Program-made: the position numbers and the translations under genes
Notes under the pieces: model-generated
What the model saw: only the letters and a program-made list of their open reading frames with translations
The model's database searches: none
Told to the model about the DNA's origin: nothing
Shown here: one piece after another, positions 10,309 to 20,608 of the stretch
Layout: each line of letters begins with the position of its first letter
Numbering within the stretch: the first letter of the stretch is position 1
Assembly: GCA_963705255.1 (NCBI GenBank)
Contig: OY970061.1
Coordinates: forward strand, 2,304,001-2,368,000
Source of the DNA: an uncultured Methanoregulaceae archaeon
Lineage (GTDB): Archaea; Halobacteriota; Methanomicrobia; Methanomicrobiales; Methanospirillaceae
DNA length: 64,000 bases
Direction: 5' to 3'

Positions 10309-10714
10309 GGGGGGGGGGGTGCCCGGCTCCCGCCTTCAACTTACATTTCCACCAGATATTGGCGACAACACTCCTACCAACTCTGGTACCAGACGGGGGG
10401 TCATGCCCTACTTACAATCCGGAATGTGGGGGGGTCACCCCCCTCCTGAAAAAAAAGTGGAGGGGGGGTCAGCGGTCGACCCCCCGACTCAATCGTGAGT
10501 AATGTATATTTTTTCGTATGCGTGACTCTTGCATTTCCTCTGGGACTCCTGACGTGCTGGACAAAATTCCAGTAATACCCACATTTGAGTAGGGGGGTCA
10601 ACCGGGCCTGAGGGGGTGGGGGGGTCGGATCGCATTTGAAAACCAATTGAAGGGGGGGTTACCCCCCACGTGAAAATGAAACAGGTGGGGGGTCAGCAGC
10701 CAACCCCCCCCCCT
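10309..10714. repeat. G-tract/palindrome module array (~35-bp period)
   Basis: Repeated G6-11 tracts, GGGGGGT(C/T)ACCCCCC palindromes and TGAAAA spacers; modules shared with 62278-62406. Confidence 0.75.
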
Positions 10715-10737
10715 TCAAAACCAGAAAATAACAAAAA

Positions 10738-10821
10738 CGCTGAGGAGGGGAATTGAACCCCCGAGGCACTTTCGCACCACAGGCTTTCCAGGCCTGCGCC
10801 TTACCGCTAGACTACCTCAGC
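10738..10821 (-). tRNA. tRNA-Ser(GGA)
   Basis: GCTGAGGTAGTCTAGCGGTAAGGCG-CAGGC CTGGAAA GCCTG-long variable arm-GGGGGTTCAATTCCCCTCCTCAGCG. Confidence 0.95.
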
Positions 10822-10856
10822 AAAAAGTGTATCCTATGTGTACGCCGGGTATTTTT

Positions 10857-11969
10857 TTAATGGTATCTCTTTTTCCGGAACTGCCGGTCGGGTTTTTTGC
10901 CGGGTTTTCTGTCCGGTTGCGCGGCTTGCACGGAGTCCGGCTCCCCCGTTTTCTTTCCGGAAGATGGCCGCGGTATCGCCGCGAATTTCCAAGGTTTCTT
11001 CTGCGCAGCCGGTGCCGGCTTTGCTTCCTGTTTTTTCTTTTCGGGGAACTCTTTTCCGGACTTCGTCCACCCACGGGGGTACGTGCCGGGCGACATGAAA
11101 ACCGTTGTCGGCGCGATAACCAGCCCGGTCTCGCCGGGCCTGAACGAACCGGAAGGAACGAGCGCCTGCCCGAGACAGATGAACTCCTTCTTCTGCGAGA
11201 GGACCGCAACGGTCTGGTCTTTGCCAAACTCCATGCAGCTGACAACACCGACGCCTGCAAGGACGGCCCCATGGCAGAGCGCGTCGATTGCGGAGTCGCG
11301 GACGACCACGATCGGCAGGTCGGGGACCGCTGCGTCCACCGGGAGGATCATGGCCGCAAGCGCGGTACAATCGCCGTCCCGTGCAGCAATTGCTGCATCC
11401 TGCACGTCGTGGAGCGTGTGCATCGATTCCTCCCCGAAGGTACCGGAACGGGTGCGGCGCAGCTCCTGCATGTGGGCGCCGACCCCGAGCGCCAGCCCTG
11501 TGTGGTGGCAGAGCGAGCGGATATACGTGCCGGCATCGCACTCCACCCGGAACAGGACGAGGCGGTCTTCGATGTCGAGGATCTCCAGCTTCCGGATCTC
11601 CCGGATGCGGAGGTTGCGCCTGACCGCACTCTTGCGGGGAGGGCGCTGGTAGAGCCTGCCGGTGAACTCGGCTGCCATCTGGTCGATCCTTGCCCGGTCG
11701 ACTGTTCCGTGCAGCCGCATCAGGCAGATGTATTCCTTGTCGTGCTGGAGGAGCAGCGGGGCGAGCCGGACGGCATTCCCGAGCATGACGAGCAGCACGC
11801 CGGAGACCTGCGGGTCGAGGGTGCCCGAGTGGCCGACCTGGCAGCCCAGCATCCTCCCCACCCATGCGGCGACCTCGTGGCTGGAAGGGCCTCGTGGCTT
11901 ATCGATGACGAGGATCCCCGCATGGCTCCACGCGTGGACCGGTTCCTTTTGTGCTGAATCTCCGGTCAT
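10857..11969 (-). CDS. cbf5: H/ACA RNA-guided pseudouridine synthase Cbf5 with basic C-terminal tail
   Basis: DKPRGPSSHEV, GHSGTLDPQVSG, GTYIRSLC, PUA domain. Confidence 0.95.
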   Translation of the reverse strand: MTGDSAQKEPVHAWSHAGILVIDKPRGPSSHEVAAWVGRMLGCQVGHSGTLDPQVSGVLLVMLGNAVRLAPLLLQHDKEYICLMRLHGTVDRARIDQMAAEFTGRLYQRPPRKSAVRRNLRIREIRKLEILDIEDRLVLFRVECDAGTYIRSLCHHTGLALGVGAHMQELRRTRSGTFGEESMHTLHDVQDAAIAARDGDCTALAAMILPVDAAVPDLPIVVVRDSAIDALCHGAVLAGVGVVSCMEFGKDQTVAVLSQKKEFICLGQALVPSGSFRPGETGLVIAPTTVFMSPGTYPRGWTKSGKEFPEKKKQEAKPAPAAQKKPWKFAAIPRPSSGKKTGEPDSVQAAQPDRKPGKKPDRQFRKKRYH

Positions 11970-12658
11970 CGTGCATTCCCCGTACCGGCGAGGCGGGCAT
12001 TCAGCGCTTTCAGGGTTCCTTCAAGCGACCCGTCTCCCACCACGGCCGGATCGGTCCCCCCTTTGCGCATGGCGGCAGCCGTGATATCCCCGATTGCCAT
12101 CACCAGGAGGCCGGGTCGCGGTATCCACTCGGCTTTTGCATATGACATGGCGCTCGTGAACAGGATCGCATCGGCCGGTTGCAGGTCGAGAGGATCTCCG
12201 GTCGGCTCCAGCCCGTAACACCGGAACTCGTGGGCAATCCCCCCGGCAGCACTGATGGATTCGATCAGGGCGGGGTTGGGGACATCAGCCCGGGGGATGC
12301 CGATATGTTTCCCCCTGATCCATTCTCCAAGGAAGGGCACGAAATCCCGCGAGTAGAAACCGGGAAGCGTTTCGCAGCCGATATGAAACTGCCGGAGCTC
12401 ACCTGCCGTCTGTGGCCCGATCGCAATCACGCGGGGATATCTTTTCAGGAGGGGTGCGATGATCTTTGCCGGGAGGGCGCTCGTGAAGAAAAGGCAGTCA
12501 AACGCGCCGCTGTGCACGGCATCCACGAATGCCGTGATCTCCTGCTGTCGGATCTCCGACCGGAGCGGGTGGACGCTGTAACAGGAGTGCCCGAATTCCG
12601 CGCAGCGTGCCGCATCGCTCTTCTCCTTTCCAGCAAGACGGGTGACTGCGATTTTCAT
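11966..12658 (-). CDS. hemD: Uroporphyrinogen-III synthase
   Basis: MKIAVTR, FFTSA, IAIGPQTA, LFTSA, AIGDITA; start set at 12658. Confidence 0.85.
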   Translation of the reverse strand: MKIAVTRLAGKEKSDAARCAEFGHSCYSVHPLRSEIRQQEITAFVDAVHSGAFDCLFFTSALPAKIIAPLLKRYPRVIAIGPQTAGELRQFHIGCETLPGFYSRDFVPFLGEWIRGKHIGIPRADVPNPALIESISAAGGIAHEFRCYGLEPTGDPLDLQPADAILFTSAMSYAKAEWIPRPGLLVMAIGDITAAAMRKGGTDPAVVGDGSLEGTLKALNARLAGTGNAR

Positions 12659-12736
12659 GTGGGATGTGTCGCCCCGGTATGATATGATGGTATGCATTTC
12701 GGTTGATTTATGTCCATTCTCCCGCATCTCTGATCC

Positions 12737-13951
12737 ATGATAGAGATCCTGCTTGGCACGGCCCTCGGTGTGGTCCTCGGTACTGCCAGCGGGATAATTC
12801 CCGGCGTGCATGCGAATACGCTTGCCGGTGCCCTGCTCAGCCTCCAGGTCGCCCTCCTCTCGTTTCTTGGACCCGTCGCGCTTGCCGCGGCAATGTTTGC
12901 CGCCCTTATCACGCACACATTTGTTGACGCGATACCCAGTACGTTCCTGGGAATACCGGATACTGATACCTCCCTTGCCGTGCTCCCTGCACATGCTCTC
13001 TGTCTCCAGGGCAATGGCGAGGAAGCCGTCCGGATCGCCGCTCTTGGCAGTGCCTGCGCCATGATCATTGCCATCCCGCTCTCGGTACTCTGTTTTTTCC
13101 TGCTTCCAGCTCTCCAGCCGTATTTCGACTGGTGGATTGGGATCCTGTTGATCGCGACGGTCGGCTTCATGATAGTCACCAGCGAGTCGCCGGCCTGGGC
13201 GCTTGCGATCTTTTCCGTGTCCGGCATTCTGGGGTTATTTGCACTCCGGTACACATTCCTCAGCTGGCACACCATTGGAGGAGGCAGCGCGATCCTGATG
13301 CCCCTGCTCACCGGGCTGTTCGGCATTTCCGTCCTCCTCACGGCGTCCCGCGGGTCATTGCCGGAGCAGGTGTTCCGGGGGATCCGGATGGAGGACGGGA
13401 CCGTGATGAAATGTTCCCTCCTCGGTACCCTGGCCGGCGTTGCCGTCGGGTGGCTCCCCGGGCTCTCTACGGCTTCTGCCAACGGCGTTCTTGCATCTGT
13501 CATCGGCTATGAGAAAGACCGGCGGGCGTATATTCTTGCAACCAACGCGGCCAATACCGCGAACGCTTTCATCGGGCTGGCGGCTCTCTTCGCGCTCTCC
13601 CGGATGAGGAACGGGGTGATGGTCGCGCTCTCCGAGCTCCCGCTCCCATCGATGAGCGAGCTCATGGTGACCGGGGTGCTTGCCGCATGTGCTGCATACC
13701 TTATCACCGTTCGGCTCTCCCGTTCGGCTCACCGGCTGTGCGGTATTGACAGCCTGCTGCTGAACCGGGCGGTGATTGCATTTGTTGTACTCCTTTGCAT
13801 CGTCCTTACCGGGCCCTTCGGTGTCGTGATTCTTCTCCTGGCAACAGCCACCGGGCTTGTCCCCTATCTCGTGAACGTCCCAAGGGTTTACTGCATGGGT
13901 GCCATCATGTTCCCTGTAATGCTCTACTCATTCGGGGTGGCCGGCGTATAA
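12737..13951 (+). CDS. TctA/DUF112-family tripartite tricarboxylate transporter permease-like membrane protein
   Basis: GIIPGVHAN, IPSTFLGIPD...VLPAH; many TM helices. Confidence 0.8.
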   Translation: MIEILLGTALGVVLGTASGIIPGVHANTLAGALLSLQVALLSFLGPVALAAAMFAALITHTFVDAIPSTFLGIPDTDTSLAVLPAHALCLQGNGEEAVRIAALGSACAMIIAIPLSVLCFFLLPALQPYFDWWIGILLIATVGFMIVTSESPAWALAIFSVSGILGLFALRYTFLSWHTIGGGSAILMPLLTGLFGISVLLTASRGSLPEQVFRGIRMEDGTVMKCSLLGTLAGVAVGWLPGLSTASANGVLASVIGYEKDRRAYILATNAANTANAFIGLAALFALSRMRNGVMVALSELPLPSMSELMVTGVLAACAAYLITVRLSRSAHRLCGIDSLLLNRAVIAFVVLLCIVLTGPFGVVILLLATATGLVPYLVNVPRVYCMGAIMFPVMLYSFGVAGV

Positions 13952-14018
13952 CCCAGGGTGTCCGGTGGGAACGGCGATCTATGGTTTTATACGGGTGCAA
14001 ACCCCTTAGTTTCCTATC

Positions 14019-14906
14019 ATGCCATCCTACTGGTTCGGGGATATTGAGGACGGGCGTTGCACACCGTTCACCGGAGACCCGCCCGCTATTGCCGGCCGGG
14101 TCCGTTCCATCCATACCGACATGGACACGTTCGTCCCGCCGGACTGGAAAGCGGCAGTAAGGTGTGGTGCCTGCAAAGACCGGGGAGAATACCTCTCGCG
14201 GCTCCGGGAGGTATGTTTTGCCGCTGCAGAACGGGGGATCCGCGACCAGTACGCCGGGAAAGATGCCGAACTGCTCCAGATGGTAAGAACACTGGACGGG
14301 ATGGACGAGGCGATCAACCTGCTCTCCGGGCGGGTGGCGGAGTGGCACCAGATCCTGCACCCGGCCTTCTCCCGCAAGTACCGGAGGACACCGGCACATG
14401 TCCTCGTGAAAGGGATCTCCCGGAACGGGAGGGGGGCACTAGGGAAAGTCGCGGCCCAGATCGAGGAGCTTGCGGCTGCACGAACCGAGCTTGCAAAAGA
14501 GGTCTCTGCACGGGCAAACCGGGTCATGCCCAATACGAGTGCCCTGATCGGCGGGCTGGTGGCAGCCCGGCTCATATCCCGGGCAGGGGGGCTCCTCCCC
14601 CTCTCCCGGCTTCCGGCGAGCGCCATCCAGGTCCTCGGTGCACGGACGGCCCTCTTTGCCCACCTGCGGACCCGGTCCCCCTCACCAAAGCACGGCATCA
14701 TCTTCCAGCACCGGCGGGTCCACAACGCCTCCCGCCAGCTCAGGGGCAGGGTCGCCCGCGTGCTCGCCGGGAAACTTGCTATTGCCGCACGTATCGATTA
14801 TTTCCGGGGTGTGGCTGCACCGGAGTTCCTCGAATCGGCACAGGCCTCTATCGATGCTGCCGGGAAAGGGGCAGGTGCGACGAGCGCGGGGGAGGGTGAA
14901 CCGTGA
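14019..14906 (+). CDS. nop5: Box C/D RNP protein Nop5 (Nop56/58)
   Basis: PASAIQVLGARTALF, PKHGIIFQH, GKLAIAARID; upstream of fibrillarin. Confidence 0.9.
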   Translation: MPSYWFGDIEDGRCTPFTGDPPAIAGRVRSIHTDMDTFVPPDWKAAVRCGACKDRGEYLSRLREVCFAAAERGIRDQYAGKDAELLQMVRTLDGMDEAINLLSGRVAEWHQILHPAFSRKYRRTPAHVLVKGISRNGRGALGKVAAQIEELAAARTELAKEVSARANRVMPNTSALIGGLVAARLISRAGGLLPLSRLPASAIQVLGARTALFAHLRTRSPSPKHGIIFQHRRVHNASRQLRGRVARVLAGKLAIAARIDYFRGVAAPEFLESAQASIDAAGKGAGATSAGEGEP

Positions 14907-15523
14907 TCTGGATCGGGGACGTGCTGGTCTCCCGGGGCGAGGGGGGTGTCTATAATGAACGGATGCTCGGGGGTGCACGGGTCTGGGACCCGTACCGGAG
15001 CAAGCTTGCAGCCCTTTACTACACCGGGACCGGCAGAGAGATTACTCAGGAAATGCGGGTACTGTACCTTGGTGCTGCGAACGGTACAACCGTTTCCCAT
15101 GTTGCAGATTGTGCGGAGGTGGTCTATGCCGTGGAGTTTGCACCCCGCCCGATGCAGGACCTGCTGGAAGTCGCACGGCGGCGCAGAAACGTTGTCCCCA
15201 TCATGGCCGATGCCGCCCGCCCTGAACAGTATGCCCCGCTCGTGGAAGCGGTCGACCTGCTCTACCAGGACGTGGCGCAGCCGGAACAGGCAGCAATTGT
15301 CCTCAGGAACTGTGCATTTTTAAAAACCGGAGGCGACCTGATCCTTATGCTCAAGACCCGGAGCGTGGACGTGAGAAAGGAACCGGGGGAGGTGTTCCGC
15401 GACACGGCTGACGCGCTTGAAGCCGGCGGGCTGGAGATCACCGAATCCGTCTGGCTTGCCCCGTACCACCAGGACCATGCCGCCATCGTCTGCAGAAAAA
15501 TCCGCACCGGGGGATCCGTGTGA
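14903..15523 (+). CDS. flpA: Fibrillarin-like rRNA 2'-O-methyltransferase
   Basis: WDPYRSKLAA, VLYLGAANGTTVSHV, YQDVAQP. Confidence 0.95.
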   Translation: MIWIGDVLVSRGEGGVYNERMLGGARVWDPYRSKLAALYYTGTGREITQEMRVLYLGAANGTTVSHVADCAEVVYAVEFAPRPMQDLLEVARRRRNVVPIMADAARPEQYAPLVEAVDLLYQDVAQPEQAAIVLRNCAFLKTGGDLILMLKTRSVDVRKEPGEVFRDTADALEAGGLEITESVWLAPYHQDHAAIVCRKIRTGGSV

Positions 15524-16234
15524 CCGACGGGATCCGGTTGTATCCGGGAGGGGCGCTCCCGTTCATCGCCATCCTCCTCCTCATAGGGCTGGTCATCGTC
15601 ATCATCCCGCTGCTCTTCCTCGGGCTGGTCGGCGCTGCGTTCACCCGGCTGGGGTTCTCCTGGACTGCAGCGCTCGCGGTAGTCCTGCTGATGCTGTTCG
15701 GGAGTTTTATCAATATACCCCTCTCTACGGTTCGGCGGGAGATGGTCCGGGCAGGGCACGGGGAGTTCTCCTATGACGGCACGAATACCCGGGCCTCAGC
15801 GCCGGTGTGGGATACGGTCATCTCGCTCAATCTCGGCGGGGCCCTCATCCCGGTCATCGTATCATTCTATCTCCTCTCCCGTGCGGTTTCACTTATGGGC
15901 CCATCAGTACCTCATACCGGTGGTAACCGGCATCGTGATCGTGGCAGTGATCGCGTATGTTGCCACCCGTTCAGTGCCCGGGTACGGTATCAGGGCACCG
16001 CTATTCATCCCCGGGCTTGCAGCACTGCTCTGCGGGCTGCTGCTCACCGGGGGGACCGGGTTGCCGGCAGGTGTCACCGCGTTTGTTTCCGGCACGGCCG
16101 GCACGCTTCTCGGTGCCGGTATTGCCCGGCTCCCTGCTATAAAGGATCTTGAAGTCCCTGAAGTGAGCATCGGCGGGGCCGGTATGTTCGGTGCTGTGTT
16201 CCTCGCATGCGTCCTTTCAGCTCTTGTCGCATGA
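15520..16234 (+). CDS. DUF1614-family membrane protein (extra base near 15910)
   Basis: GSFINIP, NLGGALIP, SIGGAGMFGAVFL across two frames. Confidence 0.75.
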
Positions 16235-16296
16235 TACAGGACGGGATGCAGATTTAAAAATCGGGATTTTCCGTCAGGAAAACTGCACAAAAGAAG

Positions 16297-16369
16297 TAGC
16301 CCGGAGCAGATTCGAACTGCTGTCGGGGGATCCAGAGTCCCCCATGATTGACCGCTACACTACCGGGCT
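16297..16369 (-). tRNA. tRNA-Gln(CTG)
   Basis: AGCCCGGTAGTGTAGCGGTCAATCAT-GGGGA CTCTGGA TCCCC-...GTTCGAATC...CCGGGCTA. Confidence 0.95.
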
Positions 16370-16425
16370 GTCTGACCCATATTTTTTGCCGCTGTTGCCT
16401 AATTAAGGTGACGGACAGATGCGGG

Positions 16426-17151
16426 TCACACGGATTTTGCCCGGTCGCAGCGCCCGCAGGCCCGGCAGACCTCCCGGACCGGATGGATCAGCGTCCCCTT
16501 CCCGCAAAACGGTTCGATGTCATGGACGTCCCGCAGGTAGTAAATATGGGGGACAAGGGAAATGTGGGTGTAGGTCCCGCACGGGACCCCGAGCTGGCCG
16601 GCGATGGATCCCTGGAGCTGGACGAGCGCATACATGTTCGCACCGGCTGCGGTGAGCATATCGTTTGAGCGGAAGACCACCCGCATACCCAGCCTGCCCT
16701 GCCGCAGGACACACTGGACGAGCTGGAGGCAGGGGCAGTCATCGAGTTTTTCGTCGATGACCGGGTTCCAGGTGATCGCGATCGCACGCCGGGATACCGG
16801 CGACGTTTTGAGTTTGTCGACAATATAGGCAATCTGGTCGATATGCACGGGCTGCCCGCCAGTCACCAGCCGTTCTCCCCAGTCAAAGAGCCTGCCATGG
16901 TAGTCGTACTCGAAGGAGGCATGGGAGCCGTGGAGCAGGTCTTTTGCATACTGTTCCACGAACTTCTGCTGGAACCGGGAGTGCGGGCTGGTCATCGGTT
17001 CCGCAAGCGGGGTATCGACCTGCAGGGCGACCTCTTCGAATTCGACCGTCGCTTCGGCATCCTCGGTCTGGAGCACCCAGCCCTTCTCCAGGATCATCCT
17101 GATGACCTGCTCGTGTGCCAGCCCGATGCTCGGTGCCCGGATAATTCTCAT
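16426..17151 (-). CDS. thyA: Archaeal-type thymidylate synthase
   Basis: FEYDYHGRL, SRRAIAITW, PCLQLVQ, FRSNDM...AN, HIY; start set at MRIIRAP. Confidence 0.88.
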   Translation of the reverse strand: MRIIRAPSIGLAHEQVIRMILEKGWVLQTEDAEATVEFEEVALQVDTPLAEPMTSPHSRFQQKFVEQYAKDLLHGSHASFEYDYHGRLFDWGERLVTGGQPVHIDQIAYIVDKLKTSPVSRRAIAITWNPVIDEKLDDCPCLQLVQCVLRQGRLGMRVVFRSNDMLTAAGANMYALVQLQGSIAGQLGVPCGTYTHISLVPHIYYLRDVHDIEPFCGKGTLIHPVREVCRACGRCDRAKSV

Positions 17152-17680
17152 ACCCAGGTATTTGTCATCCGATATTGTATATTTGTTGAAATCAGAACCG
17201 GCCACTACATATGGTTATTGCCTGCACCATATAGTCTGAATATTGAGGAACAGGCGATATTGGTCCACAACAAAAGTGCCGGTGTTGATTTAAGCATCCG
17301 TAGTAATTCTAATTCTCTTATAAAAAAATTGAATATTCACCAGACTGTAATACTGTACATACAGTCCCCACAATAAACAGTACCAGCATGCGCGAGTTAT
17401 ATACTCTGCACAGTCCCGTCAAAGTGGCATTCCCGGTTTATCATGGGGCCGGGTGCGGGACAAAAAATTTGATTTTATTGTCCTGATTGCCAAAAAGGGG
17501 ACGCATCTCCCCCGGAATTACTAGAAAAATCAACCACAAAGGATATATTGGCTCTTTTACAAATACTGTTTCATATTCCGTCTAAACGGAGTATGGGGCT
17601 CGTAGAACCGTTATTCGGCATTTGTCGAATACTGTTCCCGGCTTGAATTGTATGATGTAAACTTTGGAGGAATTGAACAC

Positions 17681-20401
17681 ATGACTAAGCGATTAACGAT
17701 TGCACTTGTTGCACTTGCGTTGTTCGTTCTCGTTGCAGTACTGCCGGTAGCGGCTACTGATTACATTATGAATACGGGAGTCAACCAAGGCGCACAAGTG
17801 TTCATTGGGGAAGAACATTTAAACCTGACCCATGCATTTAACGCGGCTCAAGGCATTGGACCCGCGAGTGCATTAGATACCACTACGCCGAATACGAACA
17901 ACATGACGATCGGCTGGTGGGCATCAGCAGCGTCCATTACCCAGACTTCACCCAGTCAGACGGCCAATCTTGGCACCTCTTACACCTCATTGACCGTTGC
18001 ACCGTCCACCTTCGTCGGGTACACCGGTGTCTGGTATCTCGTGAACCCGGCTACGGGTAGTGCATGGGCAGGTCCGATACCGGTCATCAGCGTGCAGGAC
18101 CCATCCCTTACTCTCGGAGTCTGGGACTTCGACCAGTCGGTCGATGTAACCGGAGGCTCGGTCCCCCAGGGAGAGAACCTCGGGTTCACGGTTGGAACCA
18201 ACATGTATGGGGTCTACCCAAGCCGTTACACGGAAACGTTTTCAGGGGTTCCCGCACAATCTGCAGGATACATTACCATCAATGCTATTCCCGCTTCGGG
18301 AACAACGCTTGTTGCACTGTACAATGCGAGTTACACCGGCAGTCCTTCCGGTACCACTTTCGGTATCCAGAGTCTTGTCCAGTTGCCCGTTGCCACCTCG
18401 CCGTACCGATGGGGTGCGTCCAACGGTAACAACGCCCCATGGGCTACCGGCCTTGTTAACAACGTAAATGGTAATGGCCAGTACTATTACCCTGCAGGGA
18501 CGTACACGCTCTACGCAGAGTCGGACCTCAACAACATGAAGGCCAACTACCTGAACGGCGGAGCAAGCTTCACCGGGAAGACCATCAGCGCGACCCAGAC
18601 CGTCACCCTTGTCTCCAACACGGTGAAGATCGAGGCCAACATGGATACCGTCGTCCGGACCAAGCCATTCTCAGTCACCATCACGGGTAAGCCCTCGCAG
18701 AGCTACAATGTCTGGGTCAAGGACACCCAGGGCTTTAGCAACGCGGTTGACAGCGCGGCCCCGTTCATCGACACCAACCAGAACAGCGTCAATGTCACTG
18801 ACCCGATAACCGGTGCGTACACCTACCAGAACTCCCAGCAGACTGTCGCACAGGATACACAGGACAACACGCGCTATGCGAACGTAACCCTTTCCAGCTC
18901 CGGTACCAGGACCGTCCAGCTCCTCACGACCAACTGGACCAAGGCACAGCAGTACACGATCCGTGTAGAACAAGACTTCGGATCCGCTGCAGCAGGCCAC
19001 AACTACAAGTATGACGAAGTCACCGTGACTGTCCAGAAGGGTACCGTTACCGTTGTAGCGGCAGGCGACCAGAGCTACTACCTCGGCGAAGAGATCCTGT
19101 TATCAGGTACCAACACCGAGTCAGCCACGACCTACCTGCTCCTCTTCGGCCCGAACCTCGGGACCACCGGCGGGATGCTTTCCCAGCCGCACACGGCAAT
19201 CGCTACCGGTGTTACAACCAACTTCGACACTGCTCCTGTCCAGGGCGACAATACCTGGTCCTTCAACTGGGGAACAGCAGGCCTTGAACTCGATGCAGGG
19301 ACCTACACAGTCTATGCAGAGAGCCAGGCTGTAGCAGCAGGTGACCAGAAGAACCTCGCCAATGAAGCGTACGGAACCGTCTCAATCGTCATCAAGAAGC
19401 CGTTCGTCTCTGCAACCGCATCCTCGTCAGTAATTGCACAGGGTGACACCATAGACATCACCGGTACTGCAGAAGGCAACCCGACACCCGGCATTGCAAT
19501 CTGGCTCATCGGTACGAACTATGCATTCTACACCACCCAGAGCGTGAACGCTGACGCATCGTTCGACTACCAGCTCAAGCAGGCCAATACCGCCGGTCTT
19601 GCGGCAGGCCAGTACTTCGTCGTTGTCCAGCACCCGATGCAGAACAACAAGTTCGATATCGTTCCGCAGACTGCCTCCGGAGGATCCATAACCGGTCTGC
19701 TGTCCGGCACCCCTGTCTGGGTTGTCAACCTGCAGTCGACAGTAAGCACGGGTACCAACTACAACGCATCCCGCATCTTCCAGATCGCAGGTGGAAGCAG
19801 CCTGCAGGGATCCGATGCAGCCGAGGCACTTGTCGAGGGCATTACCAACGCTAATGTCGACGACACCTACACCAAGCTCCAGTTCCTCGTCGAGGTACCT
19901 GCCATCACGATCAACCCGATCCCTGATGCGCACGTAGGCGACAAGTTCACCATCACTGCAACCACCAACCTCGCAGTCGGTGACCAGGTCCTCGTCCAGG
20001 TCTACTCATCATCATTCAAGCCCACTGACAAGAGCCAGAGCGGCGAGTTCAGCGGCGCAACCGGCACGGTCGCAGTCGCACAGGGCACCAATGGCCTGAA
20101 CACGATCTCGTTCCCAGTTGACGCATCGACGTTCAAACCGGACGAGTACATCGTTCAGGCATCAGGTGTCCTCCAGCAGGCCACCGGCACTGCACTCTTC
20201 AACGTCCTCGAAGGCGCTGCCCCGACGGTAGCACCAACGGCCGTTGTAACGACCGCAGCAGCCGTCACGGCTGTCCCGACAACCGTTGCAATGACCGCCG
20301 CACCAACCCCGGTCCCGACCACCAAGTCGCCCGGCTATGGTGCACTGATCGCATTGATCGGTCTCGGTGCAGTTGCATTCATTGTCGTGCGCAGGCACTG
20401 A
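17681..20401 (+). CDS. Major S-layer glycoprotein (Methanomicrobiales type) with Thr-rich linker and PGF-CTERM-like sorting signal
   Basis: Signal peptide, VFIGEE motif, many NxS/T sequons, Thr/Ala/Pro linker, SPGY-TM-RRH end, strong C-ending codon bias. Confidence 0.88.
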   Translation: MTKRLTIALVALALFVLVAVLPVAATDYIMNTGVNQGAQVFIGEEHLNLTHAFNAAQGIGPASALDTTTPNTNNMTIGWWASAASITQTSPSQTANLGTSYTSLTVAPSTFVGYTGVWYLVNPATGSAWAGPIPVISVQDPSLTLGVWDFDQSVDVTGGSVPQGENLGFTVGTNMYGVYPSRYTETFSGVPAQSAGYITINAIPASGTTLVALYNASYTGSPSGTTFGIQSLVQLPVATSPYRWGASNGNNAPWATGLVNNVNGNGQYYYPAGTYTLYAESDLNNMKANYLNGGASFTGKTISATQTVTLVSNTVKIEANMDTVVRTKPFSVTITGKPSQSYNVWVKDTQGFSNAVDSAAPFIDTNQNSVNVTDPITGAYTYQNSQQTVAQDTQDNTRYANVTLSSSGTRTVQLLTTNWTKAQQYTIRVEQDFGSAAAGHNYKYDEVTVTVQKGTVTVVAAGDQSYYLGEEILLSGTNTESATTYLLLFGPNLGTTGGMLSQPHTAIATGVTTNFDTAPVQGDNTWSFNWGTAGLELDAGTYTVYAESQAVAAGDQKNLANEAYGTVSIVIKKPFVSATASSSVIAQGDTIDITGTAEGNPTPGIAIWLIGTNYAFYTTQSVNADASFDYQLKQANTAGLAAGQYFVVVQHPMQNNKFDIVPQTASGGSITGLLSGTPVWVVNLQSTVSTGTNYNASRIFQIAGGSSLQGSDAAEALVEGITNANVDDTYTKLQFLVEVPAITINPIPDAHVGDKFTITATTNLAVGDQVLVQVYSSSFKPTDKSQSGEFSGATGTVAVAQGTNGLNTISFPVDASTFKPDEYIVQASGVLQQATGTALFNVLEGAAPTVAPTAVVTTAAAVTAVPTTVAMTAAPTPVPTTKSPGYGALIALIGLGAVAFIVVRRH

Positions 20402-20417
20402 ACTAACATCAAAATCT

Positions 20418-20427
20418 CCTTTTTTTA
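20418..20427 (+). terminator. Oligo-T archaeal terminator of the S-layer gene
   Basis: T8 tract about 20 nt after the stop codon. Confidence 0.5.
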
Positions 20428-20608
20428 AAGTCCCGTTCCACAAAAAATTATCCGGCTTATTCCGGGCCATCTGGTGCGAAAGCAACCGGTTATGTGCTTC
20501 CCGGGTTCCGGCTGCCTGTGTGGCATCGTTTTTTAATGTCCCGGGAGTCAACGTAGATGTGAAAAATGTATCCTGCCGGATACGTTGTCATCTGTGGTGA
20601 TGTGAACA

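Noticed and set aside
20320-20401. PGY instead of PGF in the S-layer sorting signal
   Set aside because: Conservative variant; the tripartite motif-TM-basic architecture is intact
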